Virus record (IMG/VR): IMGVR_UViG_3300010938_000017
DNA: 64,000 bases
Source of the DNA: a virus
Taxonomy: Duplodnaviria > Heunggongvirae > Uroviricota > Caudoviricetes
Reading direction: 5' to 3' (one strand)
A model generated the notes under the pieces. That model searched no databases and had not been told where the DNA came from. It saw only the letters and a list, made by a program, of their open reading frames with translations. The position numbers and the translations under genes were made by a program. Shown here piece by piece: positions 19,369 to 28,639 of this stretch. Every line of letters begins with the position of its first letter. The stretch's first letter is position 1.

Positions 19369-21416
19369 TGGCAGATAATAAATATGATGACAGCCTTTTT
19401 CTAGACGACAAACATCCTGATAATGCAGATGATGATGAACTTTTTCTAGACGAGCCTCATCCTGAATTTAAATATAGAACATTAGCTAGTGTAGCTGAAG
19501 AACAAAATCCTCCTCAGGATATTCCTGATGTTAGTGCTAGCCGAGCTGCGTTAGTTGGTGCCGGTCAAGGTGCCACTTTTGGTTTTGGTGAAGAAATTAC
19601 TGCTCCATTTGTGGCTGCTGCTGGAATGGCTCAAAGTGGTTTGGATAAAACTTTCGGTGATGGGTCAGAAGCGTTACCTACGTTGCCTGGTGAAGACACT
19701 TGGGCTAAATACCAACGTTTAATGCAAGAATATAGAGATGTCGCTAGAGCCGAACAACAAGGTGCTCAAGAACAACAGCCTGGTGCTTATACTGCTGGCG
19801 CTGTAGCTGGCGGCTTGGCCGCTCCAGGCTTGGGTGCTGCTAAAGCTATGGGCGCTGTTGGAAAAGCTGTTCCCGGCTTCATGGGATTACCTATCAGAGC
19901 CGCTGCTGGTGCTGGTATGGGTTATGGAATGGGTGGATTAGCCGGTGCTGGTGAAGTTGAAGGTTCTTTAGAAGAACGCCTTCCAGCCGCTCATGAAACC
20001 GCAAAGATGGGTGCTGGTATTGGTGCAGTTATTCCTGTAGCTGGTCAAATTGCCTCTTTTATTGGAAAAGGTGTAGGTAAAATTGCTGAGTTACCCCTTA
20101 TTAGTAAATCTGTTGAAGCTTATCAAAGAGGAGCTAGAAGACAAAATTTAATCACTAAAGCTGGACTAGAAGAAGCCAATCAAGTTGGTCGTAATCTGGG
20201 TGGTGATTTAGCAGAAGATATCAAATCATTAAAAGATGATGTTGGAAGACGTATTGGTTCTAAAATTGATGAAGCTGAAGCTTCTGGTGAAAAAGTTGAT
20301 CTTAATGAAGAAATTCCTGCTGTACTAGAAAAGCTTAAAGTTATTAAAGCTGAAGGTTCAGAGGAAGCTGCTAAATATGCTAATAGCATCGAAAAAGAAA
20401 TTAAAAAAATCCTTAAGATTAAGTCTCAAGAAGATGGTTACTTAGGTGTTGCTGACGATGCTTTACCTGAAGGTCTTATTAAACCCAAACAAGCTCCACC
20501 GTCTTATGAAGTTAGTCCCAAACAAGCTCAGGATCTTAAACAGGTTCTTGGTGGTTATTCCAGTAAGCCTGGAATTGATCCACAGAGAATAGAGGGCGCT
20601 AAGATTGCTAAAGATTTAAAAGGTAATGTTGGTAAAAAACTTGATGAAGTCTCAGGCGTAAACACTCCTGAAACAGAAGGCGGTCTGGCCTTAAACGAAC
20701 AATACGGTAAGGTTAAGGACATTTTAAAAGATCGATTAAAACTTAAACCCACTGATTCACCTGAAGCAGTTAAGGATAAGATGTTCAACCTTGTGAATCA
20801 ACTTGAAAGTAATTCTAATGCTATCCCTAAAGCTAAGGTAAATCATATCCTTAATGAATTAAGAGAAGTAGCGCCGGAATTAGCTGATAAATACGCTAAT
20901 AAATTAAACGATGCCTCTGGTCGTATTCAATTAGCTAATGAAATTAACAAGGGCTTCGGATCTTGGGGTCTACTTGGTACCATACAAGGCGGTATTAAAG
21001 GTTCTGCTAACGTTATCGGTCGAGTGAGCGGTAAACTCGGGATAGATACTGTTGGTAAAGCAGGAGCTAACTTTACTAAAGCAGTACTTGGAAGTAATGC
21101 AGCTAAAACTGGTGTGATAAAACATCAAACTCAAGGTGCTGGTGCATTAGAAAATGTTTCTCAGAAAATGGAACCTTATAAGCTTCAACGTCAAGTAGCT
21201 AGTGCGGCTGAAAATGCCGAACCAGAACTGTTAAAAGAACAGGCTGAAGAGATCCGTAAAAAACACGGTAATCAGGGCGCACAGCTAGCGACAATTTTAG
21301 ATAATATGGCCGATCAAGGCAAAGACAGTCGGAGAGCATTAATGTTTACTGTTCTTCAAAACCAAGCCTATCGTAAAATGTTAGGCTTGACTCAAGATGA
21401 GGACGAGGCCCAATAA
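19368..21416 (+). CDS. Gly-rich membrane-interacting virion protein (internal/ejection-like)
   Basis: 682 aa containing GxxxG-rich hydrophobic tracts (GAYTAGAVAGGLAAPGLGAAKAMGAVG...). Confidence 0.5.
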   Translation: MADNKYDDSLFLDDKHPDNADDDELFLDEPHPEFKYRTLASVAEEQNPPQDIPDVSASRAALVGAGQGATFGFGEEITAPFVAAAGMAQSGLDKTFGDGSEALPTLPGEDTWAKYQRLMQEYRDVARAEQQGAQEQQPGAYTAGAVAGGLAAPGLGAAKAMGAVGKAVPGFMGLPIRAAAGAGMGYGMGGLAGAGEVEGSLEERLPAAHETAKMGAGIGAVIPVAGQIASFIGKGVGKIAELPLISKSVEAYQRGARRQNLITKAGLEEANQVGRNLGGDLAEDIKSLKDDVGRRIGSKIDEAEASGEKVDLNEEIPAVLEKLKVIKAEGSEEAAKYANSIEKEIKKILKIKSQEDGYLGVADDALPEGLIKPKQAPPSYEVSPKQAQDLKQVLGGYSSKPGIDPQRIEGAKIAKDLKGNVGKKLDEVSGVNTPETEGGLALNEQYGKVKDILKDRLKLKPTDSPEAVKDKMFNLVNQLESNSNAIPKAKVNHILNELREVAPELADKYANKLNDASGRIQLANEINKGFGSWGLLGTIQGGIKGSANVIGRVSGKLGIDTVGKAGANFTKAVLGSNAAKTGVIKHQTQGAGALENVSQKMEPYKLQRQVASAAENAEPELLKEQAEEIRKKHGNQGAQLATILDNMADQGKDSRRALMFTVLQNQAYRKMLGLTQDEDEAQ

Positions 21417-21417
21417 A

Positions 21418-21741
21418 ATGTCACAGAAATTAGAAGCCATGATTGAAAATCTGGCTGAAAAGATCGATAATTATAAGTCACAAACCGATACTCGTCTTCT
21501 TAATGTAGAAAAGGTACTGGTTGCGTTAGATATTAATATGGAAACTCATATGAAAAGATCTGACATGTTAGAATCTTTATATAATCATATTAGAGAAAAA
21601 GATCTAAAAGAAATCAGAGAAGAAATAAAACCAATTCAGACGCATGTTAGTCACGTTGAAGGTGCCCTGAAATTATTAGGAACGTTAGCTCTTATCGTCA
21701 CCATCGTCGGTGGATTCGCCAAGCTCTTTAACATAATCTAA
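21418..21741 (+). CDS. small protein with C-terminal TM anchor
   Basis: The start is placed at the ATG directly after the TAA of the preceding gene. The C-terminus reads LGTLALIVTIVGGFAKLF. Confidence 0.4.
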   Translation: MSQKLEAMIENLAEKIDNYKSQTDTRLLNVEKVLVALDINMETHMKRSDMLESLYNHIREKDLKEIREEIKPIQTHVSHVEGALKLLGTLALIVTIVGGFAKLFNII

Positions 21742-22179
21742 ATAATCAATCATCGCGTCCTCTACAAATGCCGGATTTAAAGATTTCTTCTTATCCAGGT
21801 ATTCCTTCTTTCTCAATAACGCTTCATAATCCAAACGATCAATCATCTTAAGAGCCTTAGCTACACCATACTGATCTCTGTTACGCATATTGGTACGATC
21901 AGTACATTCCTTGACTTCTTTAGCCGTTCTATGGAACTTATTCTTCTTAGCTTGAGACTGCTTAGAAACGTTACCATTATTCCATTCTTTCATAAATATA
22001 GACATCCATTCCAGTTCAGATACCATAGTACCGTCAGGTAACTTATGAACCTTTTTGGTATTATCTAACTTATCAGTATAATCAATATCAATATACTCTT
22101 GACGAATCTTAGTATTATACTCTTTTTTCAATGGTGCCGTAGGGATCTTATCTCTACGACTTTGCTTTTTTTTGCTCAT
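21685..22179 (-). CDS. hypothetical Lys-rich protein
   Basis: 164-aa ORF. Its 3' end overlaps the 3' end of the convergent plus-strand gene. Confidence 0.4.
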   Translation of the reverse strand: MSKKKQSRRDKIPTAPLKKEYNTKIRQEYIDIDYTDKLDNTKKVHKLPDGTMVSELEWMSIFMKEWNNGNVSKQSQAKKNKFHRTAKEVKECTDRTNMRNRDQYGVAKALKMIDRLDYEALLRKKEYLDKKKSLNPAFVEDAMIDYLDYVKELGESTDDGDDKS

Positions 22180-22552
22180 GTTGTTCTTTTCTCAGTAGTG
22201 CTCTAGCTTTAAAAAAGCCTTGCGGGGTTAAATCAAATGATTTTGCATTTAATAAGAATCCAATACCGTCATCAGTTTTTATCTTTTCAAACTTAGTTTT
22301 AAAGTAATTGATGAATTTTCTTCTAGGAATTAGTCTGGTTTTCTTCCACAAGTAATAGCTGTAATAAACTACATACGTTGGAACCTTCTTTTTACCAGCT
22401 AATATATTAAGTTCTTGAATGAACTTATCGATCTCAGGATTTGATTGTGGTTTCTTTTCCTGAACCTTTGGTTTGGCACTGGCCAGCTCTAATAATTTAT
22501 CTAGATCGTCTTTACCCTTCATATTTATTTCTTTTTTTTTTAAGATTATCAC
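22154..22552 (-). CDS. hypothetical protein
   Basis: 132-aa ORF. Confidence 0.4.
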   Translation of the reverse strand: MIILKKKEINMKGKDDLDKLLELASAKPKVQEKKPQSNPEIDKFIQELNILAGKKKVPTYVVYYSYYLWKKTRLIPRRKFINYFKTKFEKIKTDDGIGFLLNAKSFDLTPQGFFKARALLRKEQHEQKKAKS

Positions 22553-22817
22553 TAGCCCAAAGAGGTTGTAGATTTATATAATGATTTAATATATGAATAT
22601 CATTAATACTATTAGCTAAAGATAGGGGTTTAATATGATCTATGTGCCATTTACCTTGGTTTTGCCAGGTCATTCCTGGTTCAAATTTTTGTTCTAAATA
22701 GCTTTTGAATTCTAATATTGAACAACCTAAAATCTGGTTATAACTTGATTTTTTTTGATTCCTAACTTTATTAGGATTTTTTAATTTCCAATTTCGAACT
22801 GCCTTGGCTTTTTTCAT
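22512..22817 (-). CDS. HNH homing endonuclease
   Basis: The sequence HIDHIKPLS...N...N...LQPLWASDN matches the HNH motif. Confidence 0.6.
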   Translation of the reverse strand: MKKAKAVRNWKLKNPNKVRNQKKSSYNQILGCSILEFKSYLEQKFEPGMTWQNQGKWHIDHIKPLSLANSINDIHILNHYINLQPLWASDNLKKKRNKYEG

Positions 22818-23206
22818 CGTTTAACATTAGCCGCAATAACCCCCGTTATTAATACACCCAAACCAAAATATGCAAACTTTTGCCAATTGTCTTCGTTTTC
22901 CTTCTTAGTGACACGTTCCGCTAATAGCTGACTCTGATCCATATACAATTTCAAACGCTGATCTAATATACTAATTTCCTTATTAGTAGCATTTCTACGC
23001 TCAAATAATCTTTCGCTTAATTCTTTGTAGTGTTTGGCATCCAGGATTGCTTCGTCTGCTTTTTTACTAGCTTCTGGAGAAAGTAAGATACCTGTACAAT
23101 TAGCTGTCTGTCCCTTTTCAAGGTATTGTGCCTCAAATGGACACTGATCCACTTGAGCATATGTTAATTGACTAAATACAAGGATAGCAGCTAATACGAT
23201 TTTCAC
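22814..23206 (-). CDS. secreted protein with N-terminal signal peptide and C-terminal TM anchor (spanin-like topology)
   Basis: A signal peptide (MKIVLAAILVFSQLTYAQV) is followed by a coiled coil and a C-terminal TM (FAYFGLGVLITGVIAANV). Confidence 0.45.
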   Translation of the reverse strand: MKIVLAAILVFSQLTYAQVDQCPFEAQYLEKGQTANCTGILLSPEASKKADEAILDAKHYKELSERLFERRNATNKEISILDQRLKLYMDQSQLLAERVTKKENEDNWQKFAYFGLGVLITGVIAANVKR

Positions 23207-23514
23207 TTCAGGTTCTTCCTCATGGCTTCGGCACGTTCTTTAAGAGTCATATTTTTATCACGTTGACGTTTAGCTTCACGTTCGGCTTGCAACTTAGCAA
23301 TACCATCATCTAGTGACTTAATGGTATCCTGCACATCCTTTTGATTAACAGAAAGTTGTGAATCCTTACCACGAATTTCAGCAAGTTTAGAATCTGTTTC
23401 AGCCTTCTCAGATTTATTCTTATAAAAGAATACTCCACCAACTAACATTAAAATTAGACCAATAATATATTCCATTATTTTCTCCAAATTAAAGGATTTA
23501 AAGTGTTTCGACAA
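23203..23514 (-). CDS. N-terminal-TM coiled-coil protein (i-spanin-like topology)
   Basis: TM segment IIGLILMLVGGVFFY followed by a charged coiled coil. Confidence 0.45.
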   Translation of the reverse strand: MSKHFKSFNLEKIMEYIIGLILMLVGGVFFYKNKSEKAETDSKLAEIRGKDSQLSVNQKDVQDTIKSLDDGIAKLQAEREAKRQRDKNMTLKERAEAMRKNLK

Positions 23515-24362
23515 AAATCTTTAAGTGAGCTACTTTTAACTTCTTTACATTTAGTATAATCAAATACTCGATTAAAAATGCCTTTATCATCCACTTTTGT
23601 ACCAACGGCTACCCATTCAAAATGATTAGAATTCTGTGTAAAGTATAGTAAAGGTAATTGTGGAACCATATAACCATAACTCAAACCTTCACCATTACCA
23701 GCAAATACAACACCAATTACTTCGCCTTTTGTGTTAAAAACTGCGCTACCTGAACTTCCAGGCATAACTAAATTAGATATTAACTGTGCTTCCAGTTTTG
23801 TAATAACTGGCATACCACCAAGGAATATACAAAATAGTGGATTCTCACCTTCTTTACCTTCACAAGGGATCACACCGGCTAATAACTCAATTTCTTTAAT
23901 TTCTGAAAGATGACCTTGCGATGAAAGATGGGGAAGTAAGTTTGGATGACCTGACACTATAGACACATCTGATACTTTAGCGGGATCTTGAGATATTTTT
24001 AAACTTACTTTAAGATTGGCTTCAATCCGAATTAAACAAAGATCATGTTCAGGAAATTTTTTATAATGAGTAATTTTTGTCATCTCATCTTTATAAAGAA
24101 CGTTACCACCTTGTTCGATCAGACGGCAAACATGTTTATTAGTTAATATATAAGTCGCTTTTTCAGTTGACTGAAGAATTGATCCCGTTCCACCGCTTTT
24201 CATTTTTACATCAATAATCCTTACGGACGTTTCTTTCATATCGGCAATTGTTTTGGGACGACTTGTTTTAGCTGATGCAGATGCGCCTATCGTTAAAATA
24301 CTTACTAACAATATAATTATTTTACTCACTTTATTCTTCCTTACCTGCGTATTGTTTTCCAC
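23475..24362 (-). CDS. secreted trypsin-like (S1/DegP-type) serine protease
   Basis: A signal/anchor (KIIILLVSILTIGASASA) is followed by a His motif (TNKHV), an Asp (DLCLIRI) and a Ser motif (GSSGSAVFN, resembling GDSGGP). Confidence 0.6.
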   Translation of the reverse strand: MENNTQVRKNKVSKIIILLVSILTIGASASAKTSRPKTIADMKETSVRIIDVKMKSGGTGSILQSTEKATYILTNKHVCRLIEQGGNVLYKDEMTKITHYKKFPEHDLCLIRIEANLKVSLKISQDPAKVSDVSIVSGHPNLLPHLSSQGHLSEIKEIELLAGVIPCEGKEGENPLFCIFLGGMPVITKLEAQLISNLVMPGSSGSAVFNTKGEVIGVVFAGNGEGLSYGYMVPQLPLLYFTQNSNHFEWVAVGTKVDDKGIFNRVFDYTKCKEVKSSSLKDFCRNTLNPLIWRK

Positions 24363-24546
24363 CTATGTTTACTCGACGACCAAAATACAGGGTGGCGCAT
24401 GCATAAAACAATTGCATTAGCGGCTCAGGATTCTTTGTTTGGTCGAGAACTGCGGCAATTGAAAATCCTGCAGCTAACACGAAACTAGCTACAAGGAAGG
24501 TCAACGAAACTGATACTTCACCGTTCTTGGGGTCTTTAAGATACAT
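24331..24546 (-). CDS. small membrane protein
   Basis: 71-aa ORF with two hydrophobic segments. Confidence 0.35.
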   Translation of the reverse strand: MYLKDPKNGEVSVSLTFLVASFVLAAGFSIAAVLDQTKNPEPLMQLFYACATLYFGRRVNIGGKQYAGKEE

Positions 24547-24549
24547 GAC

Positions 24550-24870
24550 TTACCAAACGATATTCAGAACAATAAACTCGCCGATTTTGTCATCTTTGCG
24601 GGTTTCAGCAGTTACAGCGTAACCTGCTTCAGTAAGTTTATCGGTAACGGTTTTCAAAAGAACTTGATCAAATTGAGGATGGAGATTAGCCGAGTAATTA
24701 CGGGCTCCATTGTCAGTAGCTACTTTAACCATTGAAGACATAAGGGTCTCAAGGATGCTGTTTTTCTGACGTTCAAAAAGACTTTCTTTAGTTGCAGTCA
24801 TCTCACGAAGAGTTTCTGCGGGAACAATTTCTGTTACATCTGATTCTGTTGCTGTCGTTGCGCTTTGCAT
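24550..24870 (-). CDS. hypothetical protein
   Basis: 106-aa ORF with an AAGGAG Shine-Dalgarno. It is preceded by a sigma70-like promoter containing a palindrome. Confidence 0.45.
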   Translation of the reverse strand: MQSATTATESDVTEIVPAETLREMTATKESLFERQKNSILETLMSSMVKVATDNGARNYSANLHPQFDQVLLKTVTDKLTEAGYAVTAETRKDDKIGEFIVLNIVW

Positions 24871-24902
24871 TTTTACTCCTTAGTAGTGTTATTATTAGAT
24901 GT

Positions 24903-24925
24903 TAATGTCTCATTATGAGACAGTC
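24903..24925 (-). promoter_or_regulatory. perfect palindrome TGTCTCA-TTA-TGAGACA inside a TTGACT-N17-TAACAT promoter-like context
   Basis: The coding orientation reads cagTTGACTgtctcataatgagacatTAACAT, about 35 nt upstream of the ATG at 24870. Confidence 0.45.
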
Positions 24926-25259
24926 AACTGTTTTTTATCTCTTTTCTTAATTTATTTTCTTCTTCAGTCTTTTTATCATGGCAAGGACCACATAAGGCTT
25001 GATAGTTCTCTTCTGAACAGAACAGTGATTCCACATACTTACCTAGGTTTTCAAACCCTGTAATAGCCACTACAGGAAATTTATGATCCATGAATATTTC
25101 TTTAGGTCCAAAGATTTCTTTACAGTTATTACACTTATACAGTCCACGAGATACTCGTGCAAGCTTTTTAGCTTCATTACGTGGTGGCCATTGATAACTA
25201 AGTCTACGTAGCTTAGGAATTAACCACGTTTTAAGATTTATTGGTTTCTTTTTTTTCAT
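24924..25259 (-). CDS. HNH-type endonuclease (zinc-finger)
   Basis: CNNC...H..F pattern typical of small HNH nucleases. Confidence 0.5.
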   Translation of the reverse strand: MKKKKPINLKTWLIPKLRRLSYQWPPRNEAKKLARVSRGLYKCNNCKEIFGPKEIFMDHKFPVVAITGFENLGKYVESLFCSEENYQALCGPCHDKKTEEENKLRKEIKNS

Positions 25260-25618
25260 TTTAAAGGTTTAATCCAGTTTTTTGAATACTCAGTTAATCG
25301 TATGATATGTTTAGCAAAAAAAATATAATCTAAGCTTTTTTTCATTGAATTACATGTTCTACAACATGGAAGACAATTATGTGAAATATATCCTTTATTG
25401 TTATCAATTCGATCTAGACCATTATATGGAATTTTTTTAATTCGTGCTCGACCAATACCACACAAATTTGAAGATTCAATTCCACAGTAATAACAAGGTT
25501 GAAAAATTAGATCCCGAAAATCTTTAGGTGTTAAACTAAATTCTAACTTTCGTCGTTTAGATTGAACTTTATAAATATTATAAATTGATCTAGATGCTAC
25601 ATCTAATGGATCTTTCAT
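25256..25618 (-). CDS. HNH homing endonuclease
   Basis: The sequence NGLDRIDNNKGYISHNCLPCCRTCN is present. Confidence 0.55.
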   Translation of the reverse strand: MKDPLDVASRSIYNIYKVQSKRRKLEFSLTPKDFRDLIFQPCYYCGIESSNLCGIGRARIKKIPYNGLDRIDNNKGYISHNCLPCCRTCNSMKKSLDYIFFAKHIIRLTEYSKNWIKPLK

Positions 25619-25887
25619 AACTTCCTTTTATAATCACATTCCTGGCAGATCTCGTACTGTACATACTTAAAGTCTTTGTAATTAAGTTTGCCGGTTTTAC
25701 ATTGCGGACACTTATCGTCTATTATGATTTCTTCAGCGACTGCTTCTAAAAGATCATTATAAAAATGAGCCCGTTTATCTAAAGCTCGTACTCGCTTTTT
25801 TAGTTGTCTATTCTCTGTTTCTAATTTTCGAACTTGTCCACGTAGATATTCGGTTTCACTACGCTCACGTTGTTTAGTTTTGGCCAT
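25615..25887 (-). CDS. coiled-coil / zinc-ribbon small protein
   Basis: CPQC...CQEC motifs. Confidence 0.4.
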   Translation of the reverse strand: MAKTKQRERSETEYLRGQVRKLETENRQLKKRVRALDKRAHFYNDLLEAVAEEIIIDDKCPQCKTGKLNYKDFKYVQYEICQECDYKRKL

Positions 25888-25950
25888 GTCTTTTAATTTC
25901 GCATTCCCAACTGTTCTTTAAAAAATATCCAACAATAGTTCTTTTATCCA

Positions 25951-26463
25951 TTATGTGCCAGAACTACCAAACCCTCCAGCACCTCGGTCAGTATCAGAAA
26001 GTTCATTTACTTCTTCAAAAGTCACTTCTTCATATTTCTTAAAGATAATCTGTCCAATGCGATCACCCACATTATACTTCTTACCGGCAGCAGGGTTGAT
26101 ATTGCGAAACTGAAACTTTACTGTTCCTCGATAATCCGAATCAATAACGCCAGCCCCATTACCAAGCATAAGAGAAGTCTTAGTGGTAATGCCAGAACGA
26201 GGTCTAGCATCAATGTAAAATCCTGGAGGAACTTCAAAAGCTAATCCAGTATCATATTCCACAACAGGGCCAGTCGGTCCATTAATAATAGTTTCTTTAG
26301 CTGCAAATACATCATAAGCTGCTGCACCCGGAGATCCTTTAACAGGAAGCTGGGCATTCGGTAAAACCTTTTTAACTTTAATGTTTAATGGTTGATCATT
26401 CATTTCTAACTCCGATGTTGGACTATCTACACGTTTACTCATTGCCTTACTAAACCCTAACAT
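25951..26463 (-). CDS. dut: dUTP pyrophosphatase
   Basis: All five dUTPase motifs are present: AAYDV, RSG, GVIDSDYRG, GDRIGQ and RGAGGFGSSG. The true start may be an internal Met. Confidence 0.85.
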   Translation of the reverse strand: MLGFSKAMSKRVDSPTSELEMNDQPLNIKVKKVLPNAQLPVKGSPGAAAYDVFAAKETIINGPTGPVVEYDTGLAFEVPPGFYIDARPRSGITTKTSLMLGNGAGVIDSDYRGTVKFQFRNINPAAGKKYNVGDRIGQIIFKKYEEVTFEEVNELSDTDRGAGGFGSSGT

Positions 26464-26464
26464 A

Positions 26465-27127
26465 TTAACTCCATTCTTTAGCTTTTGCGATATTAGGAAA
26501 CTGCTCGATGAATATACTTTTAATACACTCAGCTATTTCCTTATGCTCTAATTGTGTACCGTTTCCACATCTTAAGTCAAGATAATGTAACCAACTGCGT
26601 ACAGTACCGTTCATATAAAGTTTAGTAGTAGTCGATAAAGGAAGAAGGAATCGTGCTTGCTCTTTGGCAATACCACGATCTAACGCTTGTTTGTACAGAT
26701 CATTAGATTTTGTCCAGGTTTCGATTTGAGCATTAAGAAACCAGTCTTTATCCTCTTTACTCATATCATCAATGCTATTTTGACGATTCTTATTATCCTG
26801 TCTACGAGCGTTGTAAAATTGAGTATCAGAACATGCAGCATAACGCTGGCTAAACTCTTGAAAGGAAAAACTACGATGTCTCAGGATTTGTTGTGCTATG
26901 GCTCGGCTCGTTTCGATTTCAACACAAAAATTTGCCATTTCAAATATAGACCAGTGTGAATTTTTGATACAGTAATCTAATAACTTAGTACTTGTGCTAT
27001 TTTGATTTGATGGGTTACTTACCCTTGCGCAATACATCATTTCTTTTTCGGCATCAGGAGTTACCCAAACTAATTTAACTTTCATTTTTACTCCTAAAAT
27101 TAACAATTCGAGCAATCCAAGACTCAA
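26465..27127 (-). CDS. thyX: flavin-dependent thymidylate synthase
   Basis: The ThyX signature RHRSFSFQEFSQRY (RHR-x7-S) is present. Confidence 0.8.
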   Translation of the reverse strand: MSLGLLELLILGVKMKVKLVWVTPDAEKEMMYCARVSNPSNQNSTSTKLLDYCIKNSHWSIFEMANFCVEIETSRAIAQQILRHRSFSFQEFSQRYAACSDTQFYNARRQDNKNRQNSIDDMSKEDKDWFLNAQIETWTKSNDLYKQALDRGIAKEQARFLLPLSTTTKLYMNGTVRSWLHYLDLRCGNGTQLEHKEIAECIKSIFIEQFPNIAKAKEWS

Positions 27128-27257
27128 ACTCTTGAGCCATCAAATCTCTCTTTGCTTTATTACAAATTTCACAACACGGTACACTATATTATCTACTGTA
27201 TATCCCAGATTATTATCAAACCGGTCTATTCCATTATAAGGATATACCCCATTATAA

Positions 27258-27692
27258 CTAGTTCGCATTAAAGCGCCAGGACCTTCGTTTACAATAATGA
27301 CAATTACTGGACGTTAACTTTTTAAATTGTTCTCTATTTAAAGAGAACTCAATTTTTTTTCGTCTTGATCTCTGATAATAAGAATTAAATAACTCATTAA
27401 AAGCTGCTACTCCAGGAGGTTTTGAGTTTCTGATTCTAGAAAGGTTAGGTAAAATGTTTTTTCTATATTCAACTAGATAACACCCACAACTTATTTGACC
27501 GTTTAGAATACTACCTTGTCTTACTTTAGCGGTTTTTACACATAAACATTCGCATATCCAATAGGCATGCTTATGAACTTTTCCAAAGTATCCAGCAAAT
27601 TTTTTAACGGTTAATCTTTCGGTCTTAAACCCCAATAAGTCTCGGCGTGGCTTTTCAAGGGAACTACCTTTTATCATCGCAACGGTTCCCAT
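27258..27692 (-). CDS. HNH-like zinc-finger endonuclease
   Basis: It carries CECLC...CGC and CHYC clusters and is paralogous to the N-terminus of the HNH protein at 41147-41722. Confidence 0.45.
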   Translation of the reverse strand: MGTVAMIKGSSLEKPRRDLLGFKTERLTVKKFAGYFGKVHKHAYWICECLCVKTAKVRQGSILNGQISCGCYLVEYRKNILPNLSRIRNSKPPGVAAFNELFNSYYQRSRRKKIEFSLNREQFKKLTSSNCHYCKRRSWRFNAN

Positions 27693-27931
27693 TCTTCATT
27701 ACGAATAAATCTACTTTTAGGGTTTTTACATCGTAACCAGTTTTGTAAGTGTTCAGGACGAATAAAGAACTCTGCACCATAATTAAGAACAAACGATTCG
27801 GTTTGACCTTGATTTAACCAAACACCATTAACTAGCGTATTACCAGTTGTCGGATCAACGCTTGTATAGAGAACTTGTATTGCAACATCCATTGATGCTT
27901 TATGTTTGATAACATCGTCGGGTCTAATCAT
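27674..27931 (-). CDS. hypothetical protein
   Basis: 85-aa ORF. Confidence 0.35.
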   Translation of the reverse strand: MIRPDDVIKHKASMDVAIQVLYTSVDPTTGNTLVNGVWLNQGQTESFVLNYGAEFFIRPEHLQNWLRCKNPKSRFIRNEEWEPLR

Positions 27932-28302
27932 TTGACTTCCCCAAAGAATATACGATTACCTACAATTTCCTCAAACGTCTGTTTGTCATCGATATGACGA
28001 GTCAATTTACACATACAAATATCAACGTAAGCCTCAAGCTTTAAAACCTTGACTACTTGTTCAGCCCATTGATAACGATTCTTTGACCAAACAATAATAA
28101 GATCACCACTGTTAGAGCAATGCTTTAAATAACGAATATGTTCCAAATGTGGCTTATAATATAAGGTCTCATCGCCATAAGTAAGTTTGACAGAACCTTT
28201 AAATGGTTTAGTTTTACCAGGACCAATTAAAGTTCCATCTACGTCATAACCCGAAACATTATTATTTTTAAATACTATCATGTTTTTCATAATTGAACCC
28301 AT
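27928..28302 (-). CDS. HAD-superfamily phosphatase-like (possible nucleotidase)
   Basis: HAD motif I DVDGTL is present. The true start is probably internal, since the longest ORF overlaps the LAGLIDADG gene. Confidence 0.5.
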   Translation of the reverse strand: MGSIMKNMIVFKNNNVSGYDVDGTLIGPGKTKPFKGSVKLTYGDETLYYKPHLEHIRYLKHCSNSGDLIIVWSKNRYQWAEQVVKVLKLEAYVDICMCKLTRHIDDKQTFEEIVGNRIFFGEVK

Positions 28303-28639
28303 TTTTAGAGTTTAATTCCTTATTCTTTATATAGTACTTCATTTGTCTCTTTTTTAATAGCTTTGATTTTGGTCTCCCATTACCATAAATTCCATATTTT
28401 ATGGCAGGTTTACTATTTTTAAAATTACCAGTTGATAACTTACATTCATGAAAAGTTCCTCCATATATTTTAACCAATTTTTTAAAAACGGTTTGAGTTT
28501 CTTTTTTATTTGTCCATGTTATTTGTATAGAAATACCATAATAAGGATTTGAACGTTTGATATGTTTTCTTATAACAGAAATAGATCCATCACTATCAAT
28601 TACTCCAGCTAAATAACATTTAAATTGTTCTGTTTTCAT
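28268..28639 (-). CDS. LAGLIDADG homing endonuclease (single-motif)
   Basis: The sequence YLAGVIDSDGSISV is present. The gene starts directly at the RNR stop codon (TAAATG). Confidence 0.6.
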   Translation of the reverse strand: MKTEQFKCYLAGVIDSDGSISVIRKHIKRSNPYYGISIQITWTNKKETQTVFKKLVKIYGGTFHECKLSTGNFKNSKPAIKYGIYGNGRPKSKLLKKRQMKYYIKNKELNSKNGFNYEKHDSI

